From positions 10,230,001 to 10,294,000 of the forward strand of contig OZ231126.1 of assembly GCA_965153355.1 (NCBI GenBank): a DNA stretch of 64,000 nt. The letters run 5' to 3'. The stretch comes from Flaccisagitta enflata. Taxonomy: Eukaryota. A program made the position numbers and the translations under genes. Each line of letters starts with the position of its first letter. The stretch's first letter is position 1. The notes under the pieces were generated by a model. The model did not search any database. It had not been told where the DNA came from and saw only the letters and a program-made list of their open reading frames with translations. Positions 12,021-25,625 of the stretch are shown piece by piece.

Positions 12021-14915
12021 CTGTAGAACTCGTACAGCTTGTGCATTTGGCAGCAGAGAACAAAGAACTTTCATGATTTCTGGCTGAAGAAATGAGCGTT
12101 ACTATGGTTACAGATAATTTTAGATTCGCATAGAAAATGAAAAATCGGAAAAATGAAAAACATCAGATGCTAGTAAAATGTCATACAATGGATCTGATGT
12201 TTTTGAAAATGCGAATTTTTCCCCACTGTTCTCGTAATAAAATTATCCGCTACAAAAATGTTTTTTTCGAAAATTCCTCCTGACACAGCTTTACATAGAA
12301 AGAGGTATAAAAACCATACTTAATTTTCAATAAGATTTGGTATGCATACTCTGTTGTGTGTCTTCTAACTACAGTTCAAATCTCATGATGTTATACCAAC
12401 GGGAAGATAGGTTTTTGCAATTTTGAAGTTGAAGTATCCAAAATTTCTAATCTTATTTGTCACACGACCCCCTGATTGTTTTTTTTTTATTACGCAAAAA
12501 TTCTTAAAAACAAAAGGTCACGAAAATTTTTGCATGTACTATTTTGATAAATGAGCAGGTTTAACTGAAAAATTGGGGTCAAATTTCCAATACATAAGGG
12601 GAATAGGTTGTGAAAATTCCGGGTGTGAGATCTTTGGCATTAACATTTGTTGCCTTTTCCAGCATAGGTTTACAAACATTTAGTTTTTTTTTTCACTGAA
12701 ACGGCCAAAGAAACCTTGAAATTTTTTTTTGTATAAGATTACATGGTTAGGGATGTAGACAGTTGTTTCTGCGGGCCAAAAACTGCTGTTATGATGCCTA
12801 TAGTAGTACAAAAATGCCTCGAATAACAATCAGGTTTACTCAGTTCTCCATGTCGTAGCGACTCAAATGAAAGAAAATTAAAATATCTTTCATTTGAGAC
12901 TAATCTGGCATCTGTAGCTCAAACCGTTTGGACAGGAGAATGAATTGAAGAAAAACTTCCAGGTTGCTGGTAAAAATTCTGTGAAATGGGAAAGTTTGAC
13001 CAGAGTATAATCCATTCCTTTGCCAACCAAGATTATTCTTATGAAAAACGGCACATTCTTACATCTAGTAGAACTAATTAGGAGGCTATACCCCAAATTT
13101 CGTATTACTGGGCCATCAAGAAGTGTGGTTTTTGTGCTCTTATGTTTTTACCAAATTTTTTGCACACCCTGTTACACGGCTACCCAAATCGCGTGCGATT
13201 GGGCAGGAGCAGTGATGTAAAGGTTATCTTGATGTTTGGGCAGGGTCATCAACGCGAAGAACGGCCATAAACGCTAAAAAAACAAAGTGTGACCGACCGA
13301 CCGACGGACATAGCGGGTTATAGAGTCGCGTGCACGCGACTAAACAGTAAATAGAAAATTTTGGAGGCATTCCAGCCCCAAATATTTTCTTTTTTTAGCC
13401 ATAACACAATAGTCAGTTAGGATGTGTACCAAAAATCATCGATGTGGTTGCATTTGTAGTCGCGGACTAGTGACTCTATAAGAGGCTTTGTCAATTCGTC
13501 GGTCGTAGGTCAGTCGGTCGATCTGTCGGTTGTTATGATCGAGTGTAGACACGTGCTTTTCCGCGTGTGTGTGATCCTGCATGTGTTTGTGTGTATGGAA
13601 GGGGACGTGAAATACGGTTGTATCCTCCTGCTCAACCATCCGCGACGATATTGTTACGCTGCGTTACTCGTTACATGAGTGTCATTTGTGATACAATTTT
13701 TTTTTTTATAAGAACATCATTTTTTGGGTAGAGCCTTCAAAAAAGACAAAGATAGCTATTAATAAAACAAGGTCAGATATAGTACCCTAGTACCCTAGTT
13801 GCGTGCGGGTGGGCAGTACGTGTGCCAGAGTGCCAAAATTCGGCAAAACTGTTTTTCCCCTGGTGATCATCTGTTTCCTTTGCAGAAGTTTTGTTAAACA
13901 AGTTTTTGCGCGACTTTCAATTCCATCGGGAACTATCGTTAGGATGAGGCTGAAGTTTGCGTTGAATTAGCATTAAAACCAATATTTCTGTTATGCAAAT
14001 TTTGTCTCTGCCATAGGTTTGTATGGAAACTTTATGGTCACCCTAACAATGGTTCCCTATCAATTTGAATGTCGCGCAAAAGCTCATTTTACAGCATTTG
14101 AGCAAAGGAAACAAGTTCTTGCCAGGGGAAAGCCAGTTTTGGCCAATTGCAGCACTCTGACATGCATAGTGCGTAGTCACTAAAGCATTTGGGCAGGAAC
14201 AGTAGGCTCAAAAAGCTCAAAAACATCAAAAAAGTAAAAAGGGGACTGACCAACCAACCAACCAACCAATCAACCGACCAACCATCCGACATAGCTGGGT
14301 GTAGAGTTGCGTAGCATGTGACTAACAACTACGATGTTTCACTTTTGGAGCAATTTCAAGCCTTGATATTCTTATAAACTAGGTTCTTATAAGAAAACAA
14401 GGCCAAGTAGGCCAACGATGCGTCCTCTTTGTAAAAGTTTTTTATGAATGAATGTTTTTTTATGAATGAATGTTTTTTTTTATGAATGAATGTTGTTTAT
14501 GAATGAATAAATGATTTAATAAATGAATTATTCGATGTATTCTACTTTTACTGAGTTGGTATGAATATTCCGATGAAAAAATGCAAGATTCTGATGTTTT
14601 TTACGAATGCGTGACAAACAGACAGACAGACCAACCACCCGACAGATGGACACAGCCTGTTATAGAGATGCGAGGTCGCATCTAAAAAGCCTATTCAAGA
14701 CTCAGCTTGTCGTCTCCCTTTTCATTTTTGACAGAGTATGATTGCGTACTTGTTTTTTGAGACAAACGTTTTCCCCAACCACTGCGACCTCTAACTTTGC
14801 ATCATCAAAGGGGCAGTCAAATGAACATTCATTTCACTCCACTTAGGGTATGTCCATACTTCAGTCTGTACCTCATCTGGTGGCTTAGCCGCTTAGGGTA
14901 CAAGGTGATAAATCT

Positions 14916-15073
14916 AACAAGGCCGGATACACGGCAGGACAGTCGCGGACGGTTGGGCAGGAGCTGTAATGCAAGAACCGCCCGGAATTCAAAAATGTGA
15001 CGGACGGACGGACCGACCTACCGACCGACCGACCGACACGGCAAGGTGTAGAGTCGCGTGTCCGCGACTAAAA
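14916..15073 (-). mobile_element. HINE-type element
   Basis: AACAAGGCCGGATACACGGC...AGTCGCGGAC...(GACC)n...AGTCGCGTGTCCGCGACTAAAA. Confidence 0.85.
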
Positions 15074-15705
15074 ATTTTAAAAAAGTGTTAAACTTTTCAT
15101 CCTTAAACGTATAATATCTTTTTTCTAGGAATCACTTCTCGAATACATCTGAAATAATTGATAATTATGAATGATTTCCTTTTATTTTTATTCCCGGATT
15201 TTTAAAATTAAAAATACTTGTCTCGTTGAGCTCATGATAGATATTCTAGATCAGCATTTTGTTCTTTATTATTAAGACGGTGGTCTTTACTTTTCTCTTT
15301 TTCATTTAAGAATAAACAAAACATGAAAAAAAATTCTAATTATCCTATCAGCTAGTGAATAAGGGCAACAAGTGTGGGAGCTTTTCCCCTATGGAATCAA
15401 ATTTAACATTTTCTGGATAAAATTCAAATACATTAAGACTTATCCAAATTGTTAACCCTCAATATTATCTTGGAGTACATGAATAGTAAAATGAGTGCTG
15501 TCTTGCTAATCTATATAACAACAAGTATTATGGGGCATCAGGCATGACTACCAAAAGATCTATGCGAACACAGAAAAAATGTGGAACATCCTGGAAACTT
15601 CCCAATCAAATAGCGCAAACCGCGTTGCTCAGCCTCTTGATTCAGTTGTCAAGAAATTATGACAAGCAAAACAAACTAGCTACCTCAAGTAGAAAATTGC
15701 AAAAA

Positions 15706-15868
15706 AACAAGGCCGGATACACGGCCAATACCAGTCGCGGACGGGTGGGCAGGGGCGGAAATGCGTGTTTTCCCACTTTTCAACTCGAGCGTGACGGACC
15801 GACCGACCGACGGACCGACCGACGGACGGACAAAGCCTCTTATAGAGTCGCTAGTCCGCGACTAAAAA
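15706..15868 (-). mobile_element. HINE-type element
   Basis: Same termini and (GACC/GACG)n core as the other copies. Confidence 0.85.
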
Positions 15869-16639
15869 ATCATCATTTCATGCGCAGGGACAAATGCGCC
15901 TATTTTGCTGAGACCCCCCCAATTCCTAAATGGTTGAGGTCTAGGCCTTAATTCGATCTAGAGTCAAATGAAAAGGCTGCAGTTGGGGCTGCTGGTGCAG
16001 GATGAAGAGAATCGTTCTCAAGGTGTGGAAGAGCGTAACACCACCTGTCCCTGTTTCACTTTTAAATGGAAGCATAATGCTACGCGACTCTACACCTTGC
16101 TTTGTCGGTCCGTCGGTCCGTCCGTCTGTCACACTTTACTTTTTTTTTTGGGGGGGGGGGTCTCAGGTCTGGCATTTGTGGCTCAACCATTTAGGAATGT
16201 TTAGGAATGAGCAATGGGGGGGGGGGTCTCAGGTCTGGCATTTGTGGCTCAACCATTTAGGAATGAGCAATTTCAAGAAAAACAGCCTCGACTAGCAAAT
16301 GAGTTTTTGAGCTAAAATTTTCAGACCATAAAATCTGCAAGAAATTTCCAGGTAGAAGCCAAAAGGCCGCTTAAGGACAGTAACAGCTGAAATGAAAACA
16401 TTTTTTGATTGACCTTTCAGTTGGTGATTATGTGTGGCAGAAGTGTAGCAAACAATTGGTGGGTCTGTTGGCACTTATAACCCCCCCTGCCCTTAAGGGG
16501 ACCAACTTAAGGGGTCCTAAAAATCCAATTTTTTGAGAAAAAAAATTTCCCTCTTTAAAAGCCTGTAAAAAAATCCTACAAGACAATTCATGAGGAAAAA
16601 TTTGTGAAAAAATTATTTTCCTGGCCAAAAAACCACAAT

Positions 16640-17480
16640 TTAGGGTGTTTTTGGGGTCAAATGGCCATTTTTTCAATATTGACCCCCTATTATGAGGCCA
16701 GAACTGGATGAGTCAGCCGAAAATCTATCTCCTTGTCAAATTTTGGACTCATTGGAACGTTACATTGGCCGCTATGGCCTATTTTAGCTGTTTTTAGGGG
16801 GTTTTTGGGGTCAAATGGCCATTTTTTCAAAATTGACCCCCTATTATGAGGCCAGAACTGGATTAGTCAGCCAAAAATCTATCTCATTGTCAAATTCTGG
16901 ACTCATTGGAACCCTACATTGGCCGCGATGGCCTATTTTAGCTGTTTTTAGGGTGTTTTTGGGGTCAAATGGCCATTTTTTCAAAATTGACCCCCTATTA
17001 TGAGGCCAGAACTGGATCAGACAGCTGAAAATCTATCTCCTTGTCAAATTTTGGACTCATTGGAAGCTTACACTGGCTGCAATGGCCTAATTTAACTGTA
17101 TTTGGAGTGTTTTTGGGGTCAAATGGCCATTTTTTCAAAATTGACCCACTATCATGAGGCTAGAGCTGGATGAGTCAGCTGAAAACCAATCACCTTGTCA
17201 AATTTTGGACTCATTGGAACACTGCTATAGCCGCAATAGCCTATCTAAGCTGTTTTGAAGGTGTTTTGGGGGTCAAAAGGCTATTTTTTTTCAATATTGA
17301 CTCCCTCTTTTGTAGTCGGATTTGATTGCATCAGCTGAAAATTTATCTTCTTGTCAAATTTTGGTCTCTTTTGAACCCACCATGACTTTTTTGGGGGGGT
17401 TTTACGGGTCAAGCGGCCATTAAAAAAAGAAAATTGACTCAATTCTTTGAGGCCAAAAACGGTTGTCAGCTGAAAATCCA
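16640..17480. repeat. 154-bp tandem repeat, about 5.5 copies
   Basis: GGTCAAATGGCCATTTTTTCAA recurs at about 16655, 16809, 16963, 17117 and 17271; copies decay to the right. Confidence 0.9.
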
Positions 17481-17900
17481 CTTCCCTATTACAAATCCGA
17501 CATAGACTTTAGAGTCATTGCAAGCACTGCCCAAATAATCAATGCAGAAACTTCTGCTGACTTCAGCCGACTTCAGCATTGACATTAAGGACTTATTGGA
17601 ACCCTACTCATTCCAATCGCGGACGGTTGAGCAGGAGCAGTGGTGCAAAAACCGCTCGGAATTCAAAAATGTGACGGACGGACCGACGGACCGACATACC
17701 GACCAACACGGCAAGGTGTAGAGTCGCGTGTCCGCGACAAAAAAATCAGTGGATAAAAGACCGTGAGCTGATCATAAATCTGTGCCCATTGCCCAGTCCA
17801 TCGACAGGAAGTTAGTCAAAAAACTTCCAAAAACATTTTTGGCAGCACTGCTCAATTTCAACCCATTCAGCAAGCCTAAAGCGAATAAAACTTTTTCTTC

Positions 17901-17964
17901 ACAGGAAAGGAACTCGCAACTTGAGAGGGTGAAACCCAACGCGCTACCGCTGGGCCAACCCTTC
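17901..17964 (-). pseudogene. tRNA-derived SINE head-like remnant
   Basis: The minus strand reads GGGTTGGCCCAGCGGTAGCGCGTTGGGTTTCACCCT...GCGAGTTCCTTTCC: a good A box and a decayed B box. Confidence 0.35.
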
Positions 17965-18162
17965 TTCATGTCATACTGTGAATATCAATTTAATCGGGTT
18001 GAGCGATGCGGGAGTATCAATACTTGATTGCAGCTTCTTGCGTGATATTATACGGCCGCGCGTGACACACTATGTCCACCAGTGAAGTGTTTCGACCATG
18101 CGTGACCCATTCTGCCGCACCTCATGCTTCACAGCCACCCAGAAAGCAGTACATTCGCGTGG

Positions 18163-18615
18163 GCGACCTAATTGCGGCCTCAGCATAATAATCGCCGCCT
18201 TAGCGACCTAATAACGGCCTCAGCGGCCTCAGCGACCTAATTGCGGCCTCAGCAACCTAATCGCAGCCTGAGCGACTTTTCCCGGCCTAAGCAACCTTAT
18301 CACGGCCTGAGCAACCTAATCGCAGCCTGAGCGACCTAATCATGGCCTGAATGACTTAATTTTGGCCTAAGTGACCCAATCGCGGCCTGAGCGACCTAAT
18401 CTTGGCCTGAGCGACCTATTCTTGGCCTGAACGATCTACTCTTGGCCTGAGCGATCTACTCTTGGTCGAGCGACCTACTCTTGGCCTCAGCGACCTAATC
18501 TTGGCCTAAGTGACCTAATCTTAGCCTTAGAGACCTAATCCTGGCCTCAGCGACCTAATTCTGGCCTCAGCGACCTAATCTCGGCCACAGCGACCTAATC
18601 CCCGCCTCAGCGACC
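18163..18615. repeat. 20-bp minisatellite (GCGACCTAATCTTGGCCTGA-like), about 22 copies
   Basis: The periodicity is directly visible. Confidence 0.9.
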
Positions 18616-18709
18616 ATAAAGAAAGAAAGCAAAGGAAAAAGAAATGAAAAAAAGAAAAAAAAGAAAGAATGAAGGAAAGAAAGAATGAAAAAAAGGAAAA
18701 AAGAAAGAG

Positions 18710-18780
<71 letters not shown>

Positions 18781-19012
18781 AAAGAAGAAAACAAACGGCC
18801 AGAAAGAAAACTAGACAGAAAGGCAGAAAAAAAGTTTCAAAATAGAATGGGCGTTAGCATACAATTGCTTGGTACTCGTTACACAGAATGATCATGCCCT
18901 GCTAATTAAAGGAGGCAATGATAAACAGTTTCATTATTATTTATTTGTCTTTTTCTTTTATTTTTTTTTTCTTTTGTTTCATTCAAAAAGATGAAAATGT
19001 GAGCATAACAGT

Positions 19013-19545
19013 TTATGGCGCAGTGACTAGAAAAAAATGCTTCTCTTTATTGAGAATAAAGATGGCGCGATCATGATGGATTTAAGCACGACTGGACACA
19101 TACGGCACCCGCTGCCAGAAAAAAAACATTTGAATCGTATGTTCCTATCTTTGGTCTCAACACATGAGCAAATATTGACATTGAACAGATACAAGAAAGC
19201 TTCCACCACTACCTATCCACAACTCATCCCTTCGTAATTTTGCCAGTTCTTTGTGAAATTTGTTATCCCGTGGCGAGCTCTCAGACGGAAGAAAATTACT
19301 CATAATGAAATTACACTGCATTCCTTAAAAGTTTATGGTAATCCTCAGTCCCGTACACGGCATTTGGCAACGCCTTCGGCAGGCAGTTTCCGTCGCCTTC
19401 TGGATCGAGGACAGTAACTGGTTCGAGATTTGGTAACTTTTTTTGTAGTTCTGATGAGGAATAATGATTTCCATCAGAAAGGTATCTTCCTAGCCATTCG
19501 GCCGTCGATCATCGACGGGACGAAATGGATAATCGTAGAATTCAG
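19013..19545 (-). pseudogene. Decayed OTU-type cysteine protease domain (probable Helentron/transposon relic)
   Basis: Manual translation: YPFRPVD...ELQKKLPNLEPVTVLDPEGDGNCLPKALPNAVYGTEDYHKLLRNAV*, ...LRRDELWIG / VVEAFLYLFNVNI..., ...AIFILNKEKHFFLVTAP*. The Cys box (GDGNC, 19383-19397) and His box are present, interrupted by a stop and frameshifts; no introns. Confidence 0.75.
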
Positions 19546-19659
19546 CATTTCCGTTCTTTTCCTCATGCAAAACTGTAAAATCAAGAGATATCATAGAGAT
19601 ATCATAGAGATATCATAGAGATATGATAGCGCGGCATTTAGAACATGTAGACGAACACA

Positions 19660-19758
<99 letters not shown>

Positions 19759-19924
19759 ATGTCATCGATTAATCCTTCTTTCATTCTTTCTTCTATTTTT
19801 AGGTGCAACAAAGCACCTGTATAACTGGCTGTGTCCATCGGTTTATTGGTTGGTTGACCTGTCCGTAACGCATTCGTTCATTCAACAATCCACACGACGC
19901 GACGCGCCCGTGATTGGCCTTCTC

Positions 19925-20016
<92 letters not shown>

Positions 20017-20544
20017 TTCTTATTTCATTCTTTCTTTCTTCTCTTTTTAGTTGCGGACACGCAACTCTATAAGATGCTTTGTCCGTCCATCCATCCGTGG
20101 TAATCGAGTTGAGGCGTCCGCAGGATATTCTAGGTGACCCTCGTCACTTTCTTTCATTCTTTCTTCTTCTTCTTTCTTTTCTTTCTTTTTCTTTATTTCT
20201 TTCTTTCTTTCTTTTCTTTCTTTCTTTCTTCCCCTTTCTTTCTTTCTTTCTCTTTCTCTCTCTCTTCTTTCCTTTCTTTCTTTCTTTCTTCTTTCTTTCT
20301 TTCTCTTTCCTCTTTGGTCATGTCGGTTGGTCGGTTGGTCAATCGGTTGGTTGGTTGTTTGGTCATCTTGTTGCCTCGTTCATTGCTCACAATGCGACTT
20401 TCCTGATATTCTTAAACAAGGAAACAGAAACAAATCAAACTATAACCTCTTTGGTGTGGTGGCTCTACATGTGCTTCACATTTTAGCATTTCTTCCTTGG
20501 TCGCGGGGTTCGATGGCGTCAAATTATCTTCAGCAGATGAGTTT

Positions 20545-20810
20545 TCCGCTGAATTTGACGCTCCCCGGTGTGACGCTGTGTAATGCCACTAAAATTGACG
20601 CTCCAAGACGTGGCGCTATGGAATTTGACGTGACACCGCTAAATTTGACGTTCCCAAACGTGACGCCGTGGAATTTAACATGACTGGCCGTGACTTCGCT
20701 GAATTTGACACCATCGGACGTGCGGCCGCTAAGTTTGACGCCACCTGAGATGATGCTTTCAAATTTCAAGCAATAGGACGTGACGCCACCAAATTTGACG
20801 CCACTGGAGC
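20545..20810. repeat. Degenerate ~30-bp minisatellite (AATTTGACG..GTGACGCCG)
   Basis: AATTTGAC-like motif at about 20642, 20672, 20702, 20732, 20762 and 20792. Confidence 0.7.
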
Positions 20811-20892
20811 GCCATCGGGGCCGCTGCTCAAAAGGAGACTGCCTAGCGGTCAAACAGACGGACGAACGTAGCGAAGTTAAGAGACGCGTAGC

Positions 20893-20957
<65 letters not shown>

Positions 20958-20963
<6 letters not shown>

Positions 20964-21600
20964 GACCAAAACCGTTTTTGTTTCCGTGAAAAACATACTT
21001 CAGCATGATCACATATTCAGAAATTTCAACCTTCCCAGGAGGGAGTGAGCGAAGTGAGTGAGTCCTTAAATGGAGTGAGCGAGCAAAGGGAGCGAATTGT
21101 AGTGGAGCACTGCAGGGCAAGCGGAGTCAGCCGTGCGAGCGAACGAATGTAGCCAGCTCCCAAGTGGCCTGTCCAAAACATGATAATCACAAGTTGAAAC
21201 AGACCCAAGGAGAGGAACAACAGACAGAGAATGCCTTACGTTGGAATGTATATACATATTTATAAACAAATGAACGCACAAATTGCTTACAGTGGTCGAG
21301 AACTGAGAATGACACCAAAACTTTGCTTTTCCCCAGTTGAAAGCATGCAAAGACACACTATGGGGGCGATCGCGTTTTGAAAGGACCACTCGGTCGCTCG
21401 CTACGTTCGTTCGCTCGCACCGCTCACTCTGTTCACTCGCTCTGCAGCGCTACGCTCACTTTGCTCACTCGCTACGTTCACGGGCTCGCTCGCTCACTTC
21501 GCTCACTCCCTCTTGGGACAGTTGAAATTCTTGAATATGTGTTTACACTGTTATCGCGTTTTACGGGAACAAATGCGTTATTCATCTTCACTAGAAACAC
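20958..21600. repeat. Two diverged copies of a ~230-bp repeat in inverted orientation
   Basis: 20958-21184 (GGGAGTGAGCGAAGTGAG..GTGCGAGCGAACGAA) is the approximate reverse complement of 21369-21600. Confidence 0.7.
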
Positions 21601-21951
21601 GCCCAAAGTGTAACTTTACTGTGCTTGCCTACGTTCAGATTTTTGCGTTACCATTTTACCGACCTACGGAGTGGTTGTCCTTCCAACATCGTCTTTTAGA
21701 GTCCTTAGCCTTGGTTTGTCCGTCATTCGTAAGCGGACTTTCATTTTCTACTTACACATGAATGCTTTGTTGACATATTCAACTCTGCTTCGTTATGTTC
21801 GTATCTTGACTCTTCGAGTAAAGGATCTCTTTTGTTGGTAGGCCACGCATCGTTGTCACGTTGTTTCATTTTGGTGCCGCTTTGATGCCGTTATGGCCGT
21901 TTAAGCATCAACCCTCTCACCTGGTAATCTCTAATAGAATAATGTGAGATT

Positions 21952-22190
21952 AATACCCGAGCATACCCAAGAAATACCCTAGCAATATCCGAGCAATACC
22001 CAAGCAATACCTAAGCAATACCCAAGCAATACCCGAGCATAACCAAATACCCGGGCATACTCAAGCATACCCAAGTAATACCCAAGTAATACCCAAGTAA
22101 TACCCAAGTAATACCCTAGCAATACCCTAGCAATATCCTAGCAATATACGAGCAATACCCGAGCATACCCAAATACCCGAGTATACCCCG
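21952..22190. repeat. 10-11-bp minisatellite (AATACCCAAGC)
   Basis: The periodicity is directly visible. Confidence 0.9.
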
Positions 22191-22256
22191 GGTTTTAATC
22201 TCACCTCAGATTACGTGGTGCCTCTCTTACATGATGTCTTTGACAGTATGACATTC

Positions 22257-22299
<43 letters not shown>

Positions 22300-22968
22300 C
22301 GTCTTTGTTGTTGTCGATTATATTTTTTCCAGGTTTTCGATTCATTCTCTATCTACATCCAAAATCGTAGTTTTTATGAAGATCTAAATCATTTCAAACA
22401 AGAGCGGGATTTGCTCCATGTTACAGATTGGCTTTGCTATCAAAGACTTTCACAACGATTTTTTTCAGGAAGGAGAACTCAATCGTAGTAGAGAGTGCGC
22501 GCTCTTGCTCTGATTATTTCACATAAGGACAACTTGATTTCTTGTAAACAAGAGTTTCATTGTGCAAACTGCCCATAAATATGATATCACGCGTATAGAT
22601 TCCTCTCATCACTTAAATACTTTTTCATTTTTTTGACTACTTCCCCTTAAAATTTTGAAATTCGGCTCTTTGATGTCCTTGCCCGGTCTCTATTAAACCT
22701 AAAACCCTTGACAGTTAAGATTTTCAGCAATTGGCCTTCTTTAAAAAACATTGAACGCATGGCCAATTCTCAAAGTTTCGCTTTACTTGCAAAATCATGT
22801 ACGGAATCATTTTTTCCCTGAATAAAGTATCAAAAGGCCTTCTAAGGATTGCATTGAGACTACCTAGGCCCAAGAATAGCCTGTTTGTGAACTTTCGTCA
22901 ATTAGCTGTTACAGTCCTTAAGCTCCAAATCATCCTATTTGGGCCTGATCTTGGCCTTCGTGGTGCAG

Positions 22969-23330
22969 TCTTCTAGGCCTCTAATGAGTCCATCCTGGCC
23001 TCAAATCTGCTCTCCCAGGCCTCATTTTAGTCTTCTTAGATCACATGCAAAAATAAACTTACACCTCCTGCGTAGAGCCTTCCTGAGCTCAACGCATTCT
23101 TCTAGGCCTCTAATGCGTCCATCCCGTACTCAACTCTGCTCTCCCAGGCCTCATTTTAGTCTTCTTAGATCAAATGCAAAAATAAACTTACACCTCCTGC
23201 GTAGAGCCTTCCTGAGCTCAACGCATTCTTCTAGGCCTCTAATGAGTCCATCCCGTACTCAAATCTGCTCTCTCAGGCCTCATTTTAGTCTTCCTAGATC
23301 ACATGCAAAAATTAACTTACACCTCCTCCT
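22969..23330. repeat. 129-bp tandem repeat, about 3 copies
   Basis: TCTAGGCCTCTAATG at 22972, 23101 and 23230. Confidence 0.9.
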
Positions 23331-24116
23331 ACCGGCAACCCCTTAAATCTGCCCTCCCGATCCCGTGCCTGAAATCTGCTATTCTAAGTCTTAAACCGGC
23401 CTCCAAACGCCTTAACATTCAGTATGACAATTTCTTGTCTTTTAGGCAGCGGTCCATCCTTTGATCCCCCCCCCCCCCACCCCCTGTTGGCTATCGGGGC
23501 CTCAGAGCTGCTCTCCACCCAACAGACCTCAAATCTGCTGTCCAGGATTAAAATCAACCCTTTAGCTCTCAAATCCGTCTTCAATAACCCAAATCAGTCA
23601 TCCGAGGCCTGATAAATGTCCTTTCAGGACGTCTGGAAATTCACTCATGCGTTCTGAGGGACATCGCGTTGGTCCTTTGGAATTGGAACCACTGCCCCAC
23701 TCTCACTCCACTTGGCACTTCTTCACTTGATCTTTCCAAGCAGGGTGCTGCTGACCATTGGGTGTCCAGCTATCCCTCTGCTGGCTGATGCAAACATGAC
23801 AAATCAGTTCGTAGATTATCCAAATGTATTCAAGATTCAACAAATGCATTCCTAATCATGAGACAGAACAATTTATAAAAAAAAAGTATTCGAGTGTTGT
23901 TGCCAATATCCAATAAGGACTATTCCATGACTTGATTATAAAAGCTGCATTATTATCTTATTCAAACACAGACTGAGGTAAGAAAAAAGAGGCGAATGGA
24001 GGTAATATCGAGATGGTGGGGGGGGGAAGAGGAAGAGGGGTCTTTTATGCTAAGAGACGGCGCGTGTCAACACGCATGGGGGAGGGGGATAACAGCGAGT
24101 GAGGAGGACAGTTAAC

Positions 24117-24319
24117 AGGGTGTGCAAAAATTGTTACACTTACACTGGAGTATGAAGCATATGAAATGCATATACTTCTAGTCAAACAAGTTGGTTAAAT
24201 CTTTAACTGCAATGTTGAGAAACTACATTAAATAATTTCATCTTGCTAGGCTTGTTGAAAGTGAACTTTTTTAACCTTAAAAACTGAAGTGTTTTTGCAA
24301 TCTTTTTTTGCACATCCTA
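24117..24319. mobile_element. Short degenerate MITE
   Basis: CAGGGTGTGCAAAAA ... TTTTTGCACATCCTA imperfect TIRs. The same terminus TTTTTGCACACCCTG occurs at about 13157-13171. Confidence 0.5.
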
Positions 24320-24360
24320 TAAATCAGCGCGGGGGTAGTTAGTCTCTCTCTTCTCTTCCG

Positions 24361-24546
24361 CTACCCGCCGCCGTCTACATTGCCACCACCACCACCACCA
24401 CTAGTCACTGTTCGCCAATACGTAGAATGAGGAAATAAATAGATGAAGCTGATGATGAGGATGAACATGTTGCCGCAAATGAATCCCAGCATCAAACTGA
24501 ATTTCACCAACGTCTGCGCCTTTCGACTCCATTTCACCGCAGATTC
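24361..24546 (-). CDS. CD225 gene, terminal exon 7 (second half of CD225 domain, TM helix)
   Basis: ttttctcag|GAA TCT... gives ESAVKWSRKAQTLVKFSLMLGFICGNMFILIISFIYLF...GGG, then TAG. It continues the CD225 'A-x-x-x-S-x-x-A' motif plus a hydrophobic helix. The joined CDS is 2247 nt. Confidence 0.88.
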   Translation of the reverse strand, partial: ESAVKWSRKAQTLVKFSLMLGFICGNMFILIISFIYLFPHSTYWRTVTSGGGGGGNVDGGG

Positions 24547-24868
24547 CTGAGAAAAAAAAATGGACAAATTAGGAAAACGCATAGCAAATTCATCTAGTGA
24601 AGAGTAATTTATTGATATAAGACAAGCTGCACAAAAGTGGGGAATGGGTTTTCTTCAATCGAGTACACGCGACTCCGCAAGTTGTTGTGTCGTTACGTCC
24701 GTTAAATCATTAACATGTAACTTGAAACATGCGGATGCCATCCTTTGATAGCGAGGGAAAGTGAAACTTTTGAGTCCGTTTTTCACAGTGGAGTTAGTGT
24801 ATGACACAGCATATAAATATTTGTCAGTGAAGTAGATCTGATGGCGTTTTGATTTGTACTTTTTTATA

Positions 24869-25472
24869 CTACCTTGGAAATAAATATATGGACAGCTGGA
24901 GAAAAGTTAGCCTTTTTACTCACTGAATGAAGTATATGCCCAAATCATTAAATTTTTAGTCATTATATGGTATTTTGATCTATCAAGAGCTTCTGTTCTG
25001 ACTTTTTATGGGATTCGTCTATGATTTTTCATCTTGAATCCGTGTATCCTTTGCCTCTCAAAAAGCAACAAAAAAATCAAAGAATCAGCTTTGTTTTCTT
25101 TTAGTACTTGATAATTTTAGGGCATTATGATTGAGTGCAGTCCTCAATTTTTTCAACAATCAAAAAATTTGTCAAAAATGTGATCTATTGAGATCAAGCA
25201 GAATGATTTTGCTCAATCCGTTTAGATTTGAGAGCTATTTCAATGTACGTTGTCCTTTGAAGATATGAACTGAAAACCTCGAAATTAGATTTTGGTAAAA
25301 TGACAGTTTTCTTCAAAACGCTCTCATTTGGAAACGGATTGAGCTACCAAGCTCTGCTTGGTCTTGAATGGAAGATTTTTTGTCATAGTTTATGGATCTG
25401 CTTTCATTGTTTTTTGGATATGAAAGTTTAGTTAATCATGGTTAGGTGTCCGTATATTTATTTCCAAGATAG
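24869..25472. mobile_element. Tc1/mariner-type MITE, family A (opposite orientation to 1632-2231)
   Basis: TIR CTACCTTGGAAATAAATATATGGACA / TGTCCGTATATTTATTTCCAAGATAG, TA flanks. The internal sequence is the diverged reverse complement of 1632-2231. Confidence 0.88.
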
Positions 25473-25625
25473 TACAATGTAGCTATGAAGCTGCTGAACA
25501 CAAATCATTAACAAACAGCAACATTTAGGCAGCGGCCTTTAGCGGCTTCCCGTTTTTGTAGCTGAAAAGGCAGGATTCGAACCCATGAAAATCTTCACTT
25601 TCCCTGTCTACCTTTGACAATCGAA

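Noticed and set aside
10971-12087. Long 'membrane-like' F/L/S ORFs and the many ER/SL/CV/HT-repeat ORFs throughout the ORF track
   Set aside because: They are translations of (CTTT)n, (GA)n, (CA)n and (CAA)n microsatellites, which lack stop codons; there is no domain or splice support.
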